A stretch of 64,000 nucleotides of DNA from Octopus sinensis (Eukaryota). The DNA lies in the NCBI RefSeq assembly GCF_006345805.1, contig NC_043016.1, forward strand, positions 3,596,001 to 3,660,000. Reading direction: 5' to 3'. The notes beneath the pieces were generated by a model. The model was not told the DNA's origin, did no database searches, and worked only from the letters and a program-made list of their open reading frames with translations. Positions 38,125-51,209 of this stretch are shown piece after piece (position 1 is the stretch's first letter; the number at the start of each line of letters is the position of its first letter). The position numbers and the translations under genes are program-made.

Positions 38125-40790
38125 TGTTATGAATTAAATAAATGTGAGCGATTGGCATTTCGGGTTGGTAAGCAGTTCACCGTGAGCCATGATAGAGCGC
38201 GTTGAGTCTCGTGTAATAGTAATAGTAGTGCGTCGTGTATATATTTTCTTCCTCCTTGCTTCGTTATATTGTGTATCCAATACAAAGATATAAAAGTGGT
38301 GACGATTTGTTCGAAGCTTGCGTTGGGTGTTAAGTTCTTTTGTTTTGGTACAAAACCAAAGGAAAATCTTTTTAACATGGAAAACATATTGGCCTTCGTG
38401 TTACCGTGGCAACAGCTACAGCAGCAGCAGCTGCAGCAATAACTACAACAACAATTATAATAACAGCAACTACAACAATAATTACAACAGTAGCAAATAC
38501 AACAACAATAACAGAAAACCAACGGTTGCTGGAATTAATACTGAAAGTCTGATGATACTTCAGGTTCGTATTCACCAGACAGCTTTGCAAATCCAATTGA
38601 AGAAAGGATTACCTTCTCTGCATATTTTCAAAGCTATGAAGAAATCTTCAAAGAGTGTAAAAGTTGGTCTTACGAGAAAAAAAGTACGACTACGCTTAAG
38701 AAAGTTATCCCCTGCAGAATACGAAAAATATAGTAATTATATTCTGTCGGAGAAGCCAGGTGAGATTTGTTTCGATGAAACAATATCTTATCAAAAATTT
38801 TCATTGAAAGAAGTTTCCTGTTCAATGCACGCTGGCAATGTTTAAATTTGGTCAAAAAAGATGATGAAGATTTCGTCACGTGTGCCGGAGTGGTTAACAG
38901 AGAGTGTAAGAAATTCAAATTGAATGAGTCGACCTCAGGCATGTTCAAGCTTTAATTTTTGTTCAAGGGTTACTGCAAACAAAGGTGCTGGTATACGTTC
39001 CCGGGTATTAACAAAATTAGAATAGGACCAAAATTTAACTCTACAAGCAGTATCAGAAGAATATCAGAGGATTATAAATCTACGACATGGCACAGATAAA
39101 ATTAAAGAGGAAGATTGCTCTCAGATTCGAGCGGTAAGAATAAGAAAATACAAAAAATGTCAAGCCCGAATCCATGTTATGGATGCGGTGGTCTACATTT
39201 TAAAAATAACTGTTCATTTAAAAATATAGAATGCTTCAAATGTGGTAAAATAAGCTATAAAAAGTCGTATTGTTAGACAGAACCTAAAAACTGGTTCATC
39301 AGAAAAAAGCGCAAAAACAGATTATTGGTGACAAAAATACGAACGAGTTTTAACTGAAATTTGTGTATGTAAAAATTAATAACCCAAACATAAATTTACA
39401 CTTGGAAACCGGCAGCAATATCTCGATAGTAAACACAGATACATGGAAAAAATGTATAAAGCTTCGAAAATTTCCTGTGGTGTTTTACGAGAAAAATTTT
39501 AAAAGCGATAAGTAACATTACATTTCGTGAAGAAAACTTAAAAGCTAAAGTTTTTGCGTTAAATAATACAACAAATTTATTCGGAAGCCACTGGATGGAA
39601 TTATTCAGCTTATAAGACCTCCCCATAAATCTTTTCTGTAAAAATGTGAATGGCTTTTCTTCCAGTATAAATAAGTCGTCAAACAAATTGGAAAAAAATT
39701 TAATGTTGTTCCTTAAATTCTGTTGATAAATTAGGTCTGTGCACCAAAACGAAGGCGCGGTTTCAAATAGAAGAAAACTCCATGCCGACATTTAAACAAG
39801 AAGCAGCGCTAGAACAGATAAACATAGAGTTAGAGAAACAAGAAGATAACTGGAGTTATCTAAAGAGTGGAATATAGTCAATGGGTATCACCAACTGTGT
39901 GCGTTAAGAAAAAGAATAACAAAATCAGAGTGTGTGCTCATTTTTCCATTGGTTTAGATAAATGTCTTAAAACGTGTGACTATCCGCCACCTACTCCGGA
40001 GGATATTTTTGCGAAATTAAACGGTGGCAAGATATTTTAAAAATTGGATCTCTCTGAAGCATACCAACAAATTAAAGTAGATGCTAAATGCTCTATATAC
40101 TTAACAATTAACACACATAAAGCATTATATAAATATAATAGGGTACTTTTTGGCTTAAAAATCACACCAGCGATTTTTCAACAGATTATGGATGCAATGT
40201 TAGCAAACTGTGAATTCGCAATGATATACTCATTAAATGTGAATCCAGAGATCAACAGGTACAGCGCGTAAAGTATGTATCCGAAAAATTAAAGGATTGC
40301 GGCTTTCCTTTGAGTGAAGAAAAATATGAATTTTCTTATCCAAAATAAGATTTACTACAATCCTTGACAGATATGGACGTCGACCAGACTCGTCGAGTGC
40401 AGACGCAATTAAAAGTATGCCCCTTCTGACTAATATAGCGACTCTAAAAGCATTTTTAGGACAGGCAAATTATTACCATCATTATATTCCAAATATGCAT
40501 AAGGTGAGAATTCCGCTGAATAATCTGCTGAAGAAAGATATGAAATGGAAAATTGTCAAAAGGCGTTTGATGAAATAAATATTAATATTAATATCTGATT
40601 TGTTCTCAGCACACTTCGATCCTGCAGCAGAGATTGTTGTAGTTTCAGCTACGGTATACAAGCAGTAATGCTACACAAATATAAAGATGGTAACACGAAG
40701 GCAGTGGTTCGTGCTTCAAGTTCTCTGATATCAGCAGAAAAAAATTATAGTCAAATCGAAAAAGATTATCTTTGCTGTTAGAAGCTGTGG
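38125..40790 (+). mobile_element. Degenerate Ty3/Gypsy LTR retrotransposon: putative 5' LTR (38125-38296), PBS TGGTGACGA, gag, protease, RT, RNase H start
   Basis: LRKLSPAEYEKYSNYIL, LDT, IRVCA.FS.GL..YP.PTPEDIFAKLNGG..KLDLSEAYQQI..INTHK..YNR..FG and AEKNYSQIEK. Confidence 0.88.
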
Positions 40791-40806
40791 AAAGGCAATG
40801 ATATTA

Positions 40807-40841
<35 letters not shown>

Positions 40842-40914
40842 AATAATTATAATAATAACAACAACGATGACGATGATGATGACGACGACGACAATGATGA
40901 TAATGATGATGATA

Positions 40915-41325
40915 ATCGAACACCGTCGGTCGGATATTGTCATATTGAGTAAGGGAAACAAATGCTATCACATCATTGATGTAGCCATACCAAGTGACAT
41001 GAATGTTGTGAGTAAAGAGGTTGAAATCTCACCAGGTACTCTGAATTGAAAGTGGAAATTGCAAGACTGTATGGAATGCGAGAGGTTAATGTAAAAATGA
41101 TACCAGTGGTGATCGGAACGTTGGTCTCAATCCCGTTGAAACTTCAAAACTTCTTAAGGAAAATGGAAATTCCATACCAGATTGACGTCTTGCACAGAGT
41201 AGCCTTATTGGGCAAAGAGCACATCTTACGGAAAGTATTATCTATCTGAGGCCCTTGATGTGACTTGACAGATGACTAAAGACTTCGGTGTATTTTTACC
41301 TACAATGTGTTACGAAGGAATGATA
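40915..41325 (+). mobile_element. R4/Dong 3' fragment with (GAT/AAT)n tracts on both sides
   Basis: HRRSDIVI..IIDVAIPSD..LKVEIARL..IPVVIGTL..ALLG..HILRKVLSI*. Confidence 0.85.
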
Positions 41326-41431
41326 ATAATAATGATGATGATGATGATAATAATAATAATAATAATAATAACAACAATAATAATAATATAATAATAATAA
41401 TAATAATAAAATAATAATAATAATAATAATA

Positions 41432-41958
41432 GATGCAGTACCAGACAGTGGTTCTCATGGCTTCTGATCTTAACTGATTGGAAGTGTTATCATGTCCATT
41501 GTTTTGTCTTGGTATAAAAGATGGGCTACAGCAAATATTCTGCTCAATACCACAGATTTGTTGACCTTAACTAGTTGAGCATGTCCCTTGGTGGTTGACG
41601 TTATGTGCATCTCTGATCCCGGGCAGAAGTAGTGGGAGAGCATATGTTGAAAGGAATTCTTTCAGGTTTGGATTATTCACCTTTGGAAACATGGGTGTTT
41701 CGTTCAGCATCCTTAAACAATCTTTAACCAGGGACGTTTTGAGCGGTATGGGTTACTCGACCAGAAGAAAATTCTAACTGGCCCCCACCTGCAAGGTCAT
41801 GCGCTATTTATCTTGATATGAGATCACCATGTCGCGCACATATGTTTGTGATGCATGTGCCTAGTGTACCCTTATCAGACGGGTAATCATGATGGGTATA
41901 TTGGGCTTCGTATATTTCACCACAGTGTTACTTTGATGGCATGCACTGCTCTCTCAAT
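41432..41958 (+). mobile_element. Non-coding ~530-bp interspersed repeat inside (AAT)n; second copy at 57033-57510 in the opposite orientation
   Basis: Reverse-complement similarity to 57033-57510 over ~450 nt; (AAT)n on both sides. Confidence 0.85.
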
Positions 41959-42036
41959 AATAATAAGAATAATAATAATAATAATAATAATGATAAAAAC
42001 AACAAAAACAAGAACGACTACAACAATAATAATAAT

Positions 42037-42250
42037 CCTTTCTACTTGTATAGGCACAAGGCCTAAAATTTAGGATGAAGGGACTGGGCGATTACATCGA
42101 CCTCAGTATGCAACAGGTACTTATTTTATTGACCCCGAAAGGATAAAAGGAAAAGTCGACTTCGTGCGTAATTTGAACTCAGAAAGTGAAGACGAACGAA
42201 ATACCGCTAAACATTCTACTCTGGATGCTAACGATTCTGCCAGTTCGCAC
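42037..42250 (-). mobile_element. tRNA-derived SINE (11969 family)
   Basis: gaccccgaaaggat..gtcgac..tttgaactcagaa..ctgccagttcgc. Confidence 0.85.
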
Positions 42251-44046
42251 TTTTCTTGTTGCTTTTTTGATCAATCACATTATTTTGGCTGTCCACTCAA
42301 TAATATCTTTCTCGTTGGCCAATCTTAACTAAAAGGAAAATAATTTCCTTACGTTTCAAAAAATTGGGGACTTCACACAATAGGGTTTATTTCAGGATCA
42401 TGAAATATCGACAGAAATGAGATAACATACTACAGAGGAAAAGAATTTCGAAGTAATCACATTCTCGGATATGTGTATCTCTGTGTGAGCATTTGTGACT
42501 CAGTGTGTTTGAGTGTGCGTAACTGTGTTTATATGTTTATGTTAAGTATTAAAAAAAGGTATGCTTATGGTTCTGCATTTAATAGGGATATGTTGAGCAT
42601 TCTTGCTTTCGGCGGTTATCGATATCCGTTTCTCACTTGGTTTGCTTTTAATCTTGTTTGTCAGTAAATTCATTGAAATGAACATACTCTGCGCAAAACA
42701 TTTGAGAAGCTAGTTGCTTTAAATAACACGGCGATCAAAACTTTATTATGTGACATGCCCTGGTTTAATACTACCACATTGTACCTTCGAAATTGTTTAA
42801 CAAAGTCTAAGAATACCCCCCCACACACACACACTCTTATATCGTAGGCTATGAAAAAGCCATTAATATTGCAATTCTTCTGATTAAGCCATTAAAACAT
42901 AACTAATGGCGGGTAGATTCAACAATCATAGCAGAGAATAGAAAGAGAGGAGAGAGGGGGGGGGGGTAAAAATCAGGCGTTAAATACGAATGGAACAAAT
43001 AAAAAAACATGATAAATAATGAAATGCGTTTGCAAATTTTAAAGAATTGCGTGCGTCTATTCGTATTACTGCACAACTAGTTTTACCAATATCTGACCAA
43101 TTGCGCTATTATGCGACCAATGGTACTAATGTGTACCAGTTTTTACTACTGTATGAAAAATTGTTTCAATGTGCAACTAAGTGCACTCATGGGTGAATTA
43201 TTGCACTTGTGTGTGGTTGTTATTTGTGCTGCTATGTGACTACTTGTGTCTTTACTGGAAATAGAAGCTACAAGCACACCATTCTACTGTTTATATTTCC
43301 AGATGAGCTTACATAACTACATGACTGACCTATTCAGATAAGAGAGCAGATATATCACTGTCAATGATTCACCAAATACCATGCGCGACCCTGCAACAAG
43401 TCTTGACGTGGTGCTCCAGCCTGGCCAAGAACAGATGACTAAAATCAAATAAAGAGTAAAATTTTTATGCAGATTCTATGAAAAGAATATTTTGAAACCT
43501 TAATAATATCTGGAAGTATGAAATATATTACCCCAGAGGCATCGCGGTCGCTTCTGATGTGCTATATACTTCACACCAGTGTGAAGGACTGAAATCTGCT
43601 GCGTTTGAGACTAAGGCTTGTTTCAAATGAAGATTGGGCGTGACTTAAAGCTCATATTACTTCATACTCTAGTTAATATTAACGATCCGTATAATCTAGA
43701 AAGCTGTTGCTACACTAATCTAACCCCACTTTCTTTTCTGTGTAGATTAATTTGTAAAAGATAAAAAGTATACATTATATCTTAGTTGAAGCTGTTTCGA
43801 TTCAGTTGGATTTTTTTCAGTAACTACGATTTCTTATCAACCGATACAAAAAATGCAACAGAGAAAATTGAGTATAAACGAAGTGTAATATTTCTAAATG
43901 GATGAATGTATTTGAAAGTTGTAATATCTATAACTTATGTAATAATGGTAGTGATTTGTAACGTTTTTATAGTTGTTACGATTTTACATTTGTTTCATTT
44001 TTTATATTTGTCATTTGCAATGCTGTTGGTTATTTTCTACTTTTCT

Positions 44047-44416
44047 ATGTTGTGGCACTCCGTCGATAACGACGACGAGGGTTCCAGTTGAACCGATCAA
44101 CGAAACAGCCGGCTCGTCAAATTAAGGTGCAAGTGGCTGAGCACTCCGCAGACATGCATACCCTTAACGTAGTTCTCGGGGAGAAACAGCGTGATGCAGA
44201 ATGTGACAAGGCTGGCCCTTTGGAATAGAGGTACAAAAGAAACAGCAAGAGTGAGAAAAAGTTCTGGTGAAAGAGTACAGCAGGGTTCAGCACCACACCC
44301 TACCGGAGCCTTGTGGAGCTTTTAGGTGTTTTCACTCAATAAACACTCACAACGACCGGTCTGAGAATCGAAACAGCGAGTCCGCTGCCCTAACCACTGG
44401 ACCATTGAGCCTCCAC
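44047..44416 (-). mobile_element. tRNA-derived SINE, long form of the 21616 family with a different tail
   Basis: First ~165 nt match 21616-21780, then continue into an unrelated ~200-nt body and tail. Confidence 0.85.
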
Positions 44417-44686
44417 GTTTCTATATGACAGACTTCTATTTAATTGGTGTAAACAGACTATATTTTCTAATAGATATTACAGGAATAATAAATTTCAATG
44501 TTATATGCAGTGGTAATATTGCACATGAGAGTTTCGTATCGTGTAGAGAAGGACATAAATCACCTCTGCTATTCAAAGGAACCGGGTTCTATTTCAACAT
44601 AAACCGCACAAAGCAATGTGCTCGATCTTATTTTTATGCTTTTATACGAATTAATCGGGAAATACACACGCCTATACAAACATATA

Positions 44687-45196
44687 CGGAATTCAAGCTT
44701 CTTCTCCTTATCTCCTCAAAGATATACAGCATCTCGAAAGAGTCCAGAAGCTGGCTACCCGCATGGTTCTTGGTCTCAAGAATTTGTCTTATGAAGAAAG
44801 GCTGAAGACGCTCGACCTTTATTCTCTAGAAAAACGACGACGCTGTGGTGATCTCATTCTTGCTCACAACATCATAAGCGGAAAGTGTAACCTCTCGAAA
44901 GAGCTGTTCTTCACTCCTGCTCCAGAGCGTCGGCTGCGGGTCACTCCGAAAAGCTCTATCTGCGACGATTTCATCTCAATCGAAGGAGAAGGGCTTTCTC
45001 CGCCCGGGTTACGAATCCGTGGAATAAGCTGCCGGACGAGATGGTAAAGATGCCGACGACCGCTCGGTTCAAAGCCTCCCTTGAACACAAGTGGCCTGAA
45101 CTCTTTACATGAACACCACCCTGTACATAACTCCATGTCCCCCTACATGGCCTTGCTTTTTGCTTTTTGAGCCAAATAATTAACTAACTAACTAAC
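44687..45196 (+). mobile_element. CR1-like LINE 3' fragment with (TAAC)n tail and AACATATA TSD
   Basis: LKNLSYEERLKTLDLYSLEKRRR; TSD at 44679-44686 and 45194-45201. Confidence 0.9.
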
Positions 45197-45297
45197 ATAT
45201 ATGTGCATGTACGTATGCGTATAACATGTACACTTATTATAACTCATGCATACATACGTACATATATGCACACATACTCACGTGCGTATATACATAC

Positions 45298-45342
<45 letters not shown>

Positions 45343-45489
45343 ATTATATATATATATATATACGAGGGGTATATGAAAAGTCTTGAGTCTCAAAAATACA
45401 AAACATGGTACAAGACTTTTGATGAAGGTACAAGACGTCAAGGCTCAAACACACACATATATTTACATGTGTGTATATATATATATATA

Positions 45490-45498
45490 GATAGATAA

Positions 45499-45585
<87 letters not shown>
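45490..45585. repeat. (GATA)n microsatellite
   Basis: Direct read. Confidence 0.97.
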
Positions 45586-45588
<3 letters not shown>

Positions 45589-46744
45589 CATTCATACATA
45601 CATACACACATACATATGAGGTATAGTATATAGCTATGAGATCCCGTAGTAGCTGAAATCCAAAAGTTACGATCGATAAAATTATATCATCTGGAGAACA
45701 TAAACTATAAAAGGTCTTGAGATGTGAGAGGTCAATATATCTGTTTAACCATTTGCCATACTTAGGATTTCGCGCGTTTCGCAGCCTTCATGAGATAGCA
45801 ATAACTTTAGTGTATCGGGGAGTTGACGAATTCGTGTAATTATGACGTTCTAGTGATTTGAAGAGCTAGCTTTCTTTATCTGAGTTGATTTATGACTTTA
45901 CGTTAGTATTATATAATGAGTAACATGCGTATTATGCAGATATATAGAATAATTTTATCATACACTGAAATTGTTATTACATGATGAAGGTTGCGAAACG
46001 GCCGTAATCTTAAGACCCGAAAAATGGTTAAACAAATATATACAGTCACTTATACTTCCTTACTTTTACGGTTTAATGTGTGTGCGTGTGTGTGAGCGTG
46101 TGTGACTGATTCTGTCAGTGTGATTGAATAGGCTGGTTTGTTCCTGAGTATTGTCTCAGTGGGGATTACGAAAAGAATCACTAAATTGTTGGCACTTCTA
46201 CTGGAGAGCACTACTACTTCGAGAAGTAGCGCTCTCTACGAATCATCTGTGCGAAATGCAACGAATTCATCTGGTCTGCTCTCCTACTGTGTTTGCGTAT
46301 TATCAACGTGTATAGTGAAGCCGACCGGCTATTGCATATAGGACGAATGTCGCTATCGAATCCAAGTAAATGAATTTCTTGCACTGCCTGAAACTTGGAC
46401 GACGAGAGTGGCGGTGCCTGAACAGCTTACTTCAAACGGGTATTGCTTGTTGATTAAGAATTAACGGAAAAATTATAACTCACTTTCTGAAAGCTTTTCA
46501 GAACAGACCCGCCTGTTCATTATCACTGACGACGTTGGCATTCTCTGCCGTTAATTCTCTATAGAGTACTGATGCCGAAAACCTACCAACCACATTGCTC
46601 GATTAATCGAAGGCAGTGGACGGTAAACAAGGTTGTCGGAACCAAGTGAAGAAATATTGGTTTTTCTTCACCCAGGACTGTAGCTCCATTTATAAGACTA
46701 GCTGACTGGTTTTACAAACATTATTAACACTTGTTTACCTTGTT

Positions 46745-47574
46745 CACAGTCCAAGAGTCATTGCAGAGGCTATTGCCTCAGATCTTGTTAGTACATCAAT
46801 AAGTACGGAAACCCGAGCTCTTCGAGAATTGGATATTGGTCTGCAACTCAACTTGATTTCGAGCCGGGTCGTCTGCTGCTGGAGAGGACCGACCAGGTAA
46901 AGGACCTGGGTATCTTGGTGGATTCCTCTTTTTCGCCTTCGGCCCAGTGCGTCCATACTGCCAATAAAGCACGCGGAGTTCTGTTCTTGATTCGACGGTC
47001 ATTCGCAATGCTCACAGCAGCTATATTCCTACCGCTCTATGTCACGCTGGTGAGACCCATATTGGAGTACGGGATTCAAGCCTCTTCTCCTTATCTCCTC
47101 AAAGATATACAGCATCTCGAAAGAGTCCAGAAGCTGGCTACCCGCATGATTCTTGGTCTCAAGAATTTGTCTTATGAAGAAAGGCTGAAGACGCTCGACC
47201 TTTATTCTCTAGAAAAACGACGACGCTGTGGTGATCTCATTCTTGCTCACAACATCATAAGCGGAAAGTGTAACCTCTCGAAAGAGCTGTTCTTCACTCC
47301 TGCTCCAGAGCGTCGGCTGCGGGGTCACTCCGGAAAGCTCTATCTGCGACGATTTCATCTCAATCGAAGGAGAGCGGCTTTCTCCGTCCGGGTTGCGGAT
47401 TCGTGGAATAAGCTGCCGGACGAGATGGTGAAGATGCCGACGACCGCTCGGTTCAAAGTCTCCCTTGACCAAAAGTGGCCTGAACTCTTTACATGAGCAC
47501 CACTCTGTACATAACTCCATGTACCCCTACATGGCCTTGCTTTTTGTTTTTTGAGCCAAAAATTAACTAACTAA
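46745..47574 (+). mobile_element. CR1-like LINE 3' fragment (same family as 44687), open RT C-terminal frame to 47496
   Basis: VKDLGILVD, VRPILEYG, LERVQKLATRM, RLRGH and SWNKLP; (TAAC)n tail. Confidence 0.92.
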
Positions 47575-50096
47575 GATGGAGTGTTTGACCAGTAAATGAT
47601 GCTCCTTCCGTAAGAAACGAGAGACGTTCCTGTTTGTTAAAGTAAAGACTAGGGCAACGTGAAGATATAAATTATGACAGAGACATTACGAGTTTGCCAT
47701 CTAGGTCCGATATTACAGAAATAGCTTTCTTTCGGCCCATTTCTTATTTCAGTGTGAGGCTTTTCATTATGCACGTAACAATTTTCACGGTCCTACCCAT
47801 CTGGTAATCTGGACTAAACCAAACCCGGAGTAGTTTAAGTGGTCTAAAGTATCAGCGGTCTTCGACGCTATCTGATAGCATGGATTTGTTTCGCCAGATA
47901 TCAAGCTACAAATCAACGACTAACCCTTGAGCGCTCTGAATTTTAAAATGGCGCCAACCAGCTCACACCTGTTTCGCTTGTTAGGTCGTCCACACAAGCC
48001 GATGCGTCTTTTTGGTATCCCATTCAAAATGGATCCCCTACAATAACTCCAGCTTTAGTAGGAAGCTCAAGTATCTGCAAATATATAAATGTGATAAGAG
48101 ACCAGAAGAGTAGTGAATATTTGATTTCTTTTCTTTCCGTTGGTTTTATTTCTTGGTAGTTGTGCGTTTATTTTAAATTTTTATGTTGTTGTTGTGATGT
48201 TGCTATTGATTGTGGTTGAGAGATTGTGATGATGTTCTTGACATTGTCAGGGGAAATGGCAAGCTTTCTGCCACCCTATTAAATCTTGGCTTCATCTTGA
48301 TATAGTCTCTTTCTTATATCCAGGAGCCGACAAAGGTTTCTTGCTACAGCATTGTCTTCTTCTTCTCCTTCTTGCTGAATGAAGGTTCGAAGGAGATGTA
48401 ACTGAACTCGAAAAGAAGAAGCGAGCGTGCGTGTGAGTGGGCATGAGTGCGTTTGTGTGTAGTGGAAGAACGGATGAAGGAAGGCTTCCTTCGAGATAAG
48501 TAATGGCGGAACAGTTTTAATGGGCTGAAGTGTTCATTTGTGATGCTTGTTCTTGTTCCTGGAGCTGTAGCAGTCATTGTTGTTTTCGCTATTGTTGTTG
48601 TTTGGATAGTGATGGTGATGCTGCTGTTGTGTTTCTTTTTGTGTTTGAAGCATCAAAAAACAGTGGGAACGACCCTATTAACTTTCAATTATATCCAGGA
48701 AAAACGTTTAAAAGTTTCAGATAACAAAATATACATATAAATAATACATGAATCTTCTCTTCCCGATCGCCACCAACAGATGAGTTGTATTCGTTTGCTC
48801 ATTTATTTGGAGGATAGGTAGCCTTGATCTGTCCTAGCTTACAAAACTTCAGAGAAGACAGCCACATGTTAGCTATTACATGCTTAGTTTTGACAGGATG
48901 TGCGCCATCATAACTTTTGCTACACCTAAATCCATATTGGTTGCTATGAAAATGAAGTCTTCGCTTTTAAATAAAGGATGAAATGACTCTTCACTTTCGA
49001 AGAGTCATTGTACCAAATTTTCTTGAAGAGAAATATATGCTTTTTGCTTTCATATTGATTTCAAATATGTTTTCCCTGTACAAGCGTCATCTCTCCTTCC
49101 GTCGAACTTTTGTGTTGATGTATCAGTATGCCATTGTGCATCTATTTGTTATCTGCGTCCTCCTGGAGAACGTCCAGCCATATGCTTTCCCTTTGGTCTC
49201 GGACAGTACTACATATGTCTCTATTTTCTTGCAAGTGAATTTCTTCTCTGATTCTCGTCGATGTTGCTGCTTTGAGGTAGGTGTTGTTGTTAGTATATTA
49301 ACCAACGAATTAAGCCGGTTTCCACAAAGAAGTGGCATTGGTAGTAAAGTGTTTCAGCACTCCCAGACTTTGGGAAAGCTGGAAAATTCATTCTATTACA
49401 ATACATTTATGGCTTTTCTTTAGGTAGTTTCAGTATTAATGTATTGTTGTTGTGGTTGTGGTGCGATTCTAGAACCACTACACAACAGAAGAAAAACCAA
49501 AACAATATCAGAAACAAGAAAACAAAATCTCACTTCAAGGACAAAAAGATCCATATACATAACCTATATATCATGATATATGATGTATACAGGATGAATT
49601 TCTTAATTTGCACGCTAATGGTGATGTCACCTTGTTGTAGTGGTTAGCTATACAATTCACGCACCATATACAAAACATAGTCTATCTCGCAAAATAACAC
49701 AACTCATTGTACATAATCTGCACCAGCTTTCTTTGTGGGAATAGCTTCCTGAAGAGTGAAAAGGAAGCAGATAAATCCATAGCGGTTTTGTACGGTTTAC
49801 GATAGATGTGGGGTCCGTATAGCAAGTATTGCACACTTTACAAGAGATACGACGTCTGAATCTCACAAGGGATGTTGCAACTTTTTCCGACATTTTCTTC
49901 AATGCGAAAATATATAAAATAGCATATCTTGATATTGTACGTATTAAGATTCCAATTAACAGCCACTGGTATATAATTTTAGTTGTTTAGCACATTAGTA
50001 AACCATTAATTTGGAATGGTCAAAACCGTTTTTTTTTTAATAGTTAACATAGCTATACGATTTACAGCAAACGTCCCGTTTGAGATTTATAAGATA

Positions 50097-50924
50097 CTAG
50101 CTTAAGGTGACCCGCTCTACGCGCGGGTAAGAGTGTGGTTGTTACTTTCCGTTGCTTCCTTTCTGTTTTTTATCACCACATTCTCCCTCTTTGTTTCTCT
50201 CTCCTTTCTCTCCCACTTTCCCACTCTCTTAATCTTCCTTTCTCTCGGACTCTCCCTCGCTTTCTCTTACTCTCCATCTTTCTCTATCTATCTCTCTCCC
50301 ATTTATAAACAACAAAAATCTTGAGTAAGTTGAGAAATAAAATATTTTGAAAGATCAATCATAAATATCAGGCAGTGACAACGGAAAGGTCTGCTTCAAG
50401 GCAGACAGCAAAACACTAAAATTTAAAAGGGACAGACGAAGTTGCAAGCTGAATAAAAATAAAATATATTGGAAACCAAAGTTTGAAGGGATAGAATTTG
50501 AGGATAGTATAGTCACCATGGCTGGCATTTCTTAACGACGGACAGCAACGTAGTGGCAGTTTAACGGCTGGCGTAAAATTTTGAACTTGATGTAAAAGAA
50601 TATTCCTAAACACTAAGTTTTGAAGTGATTCTTTCTCACGACAGTAGACTCACCAAAGCAAGCATTCAAAACTTCTTCATAATGGACGGCAACACATTGA
50701 AGATTTAAAGGCTGGCGCAAATTTTTTAGCTTGATGTAACAGAGAATTCTTAAACACCCCCGCTCCTGTAAATTTTAATTCCTTTCCAGCCCCATTTAGA
50801 CCCCTTTTCACATTTTGGTTAATATAACCCGATTTCATTCAGGTCTACTCGGGCCACATTTTATGAGGAAAAAAATAGTTGCCATGCAAACTCGCCACCA
50901 CTTTTAACATAGGTGTGCATATTT
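50097..50924 (-). mobile_element. Non-autonomous Helitron, copy 1 (runs into the gap)
   Basis: Minus-strand hairpin ACCCGC-gcgtaga-GCGGGT followed by CTAG/T. Confidence 0.75.
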
Positions 50925-51024
50925 NNNNNNNNNNNNNNNNNNNNNNNNNNNNNNNNNNNNNNNNNNNNNNNNNNNNNNNNNNNNNNNNNNNNNNNNNNNN
51001 NNNNNNNNNNNNNNNNNNNNNNNN
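50925..51024. other. Assembly gap (100 N)
   Basis: Direct read. Confidence 1.
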
Positions 51025-51209
51025 AATATATAAAATAGCATATCTTGATATTGTACGTATAAGATTCCAATTAACAGCCACTGGTATATAATTTTAGTTG
51101 TTTAGCACCTTAGTAAACCTTAATTTGGAATGGTCAAAACCGTTTTTTTTTTAATAGTTAACATAGCTATACGATTTACAGCAAACGTCCGTTTGAGATT
51201 TATAAGATA

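Noticed and set aside
45361-45440. Tiny mariner-type MITE starting TACGAGGGG
   Set aside because: Only ~10 nt of the right TIR match and there is no right TA TSD.
48983-49423. 146-aa hydrophobic ORF, possible membrane protein
   Set aside because: No recognisable domain, T-rich composition explains the hydrophobicity, and it has no gene context.
49660-49900. GIY-YIG remnant (RISCKVCNTCY) on the minus strand
   Set aside because: One weak motif without the IG-T..R..EH continuation; not enough to annotate.
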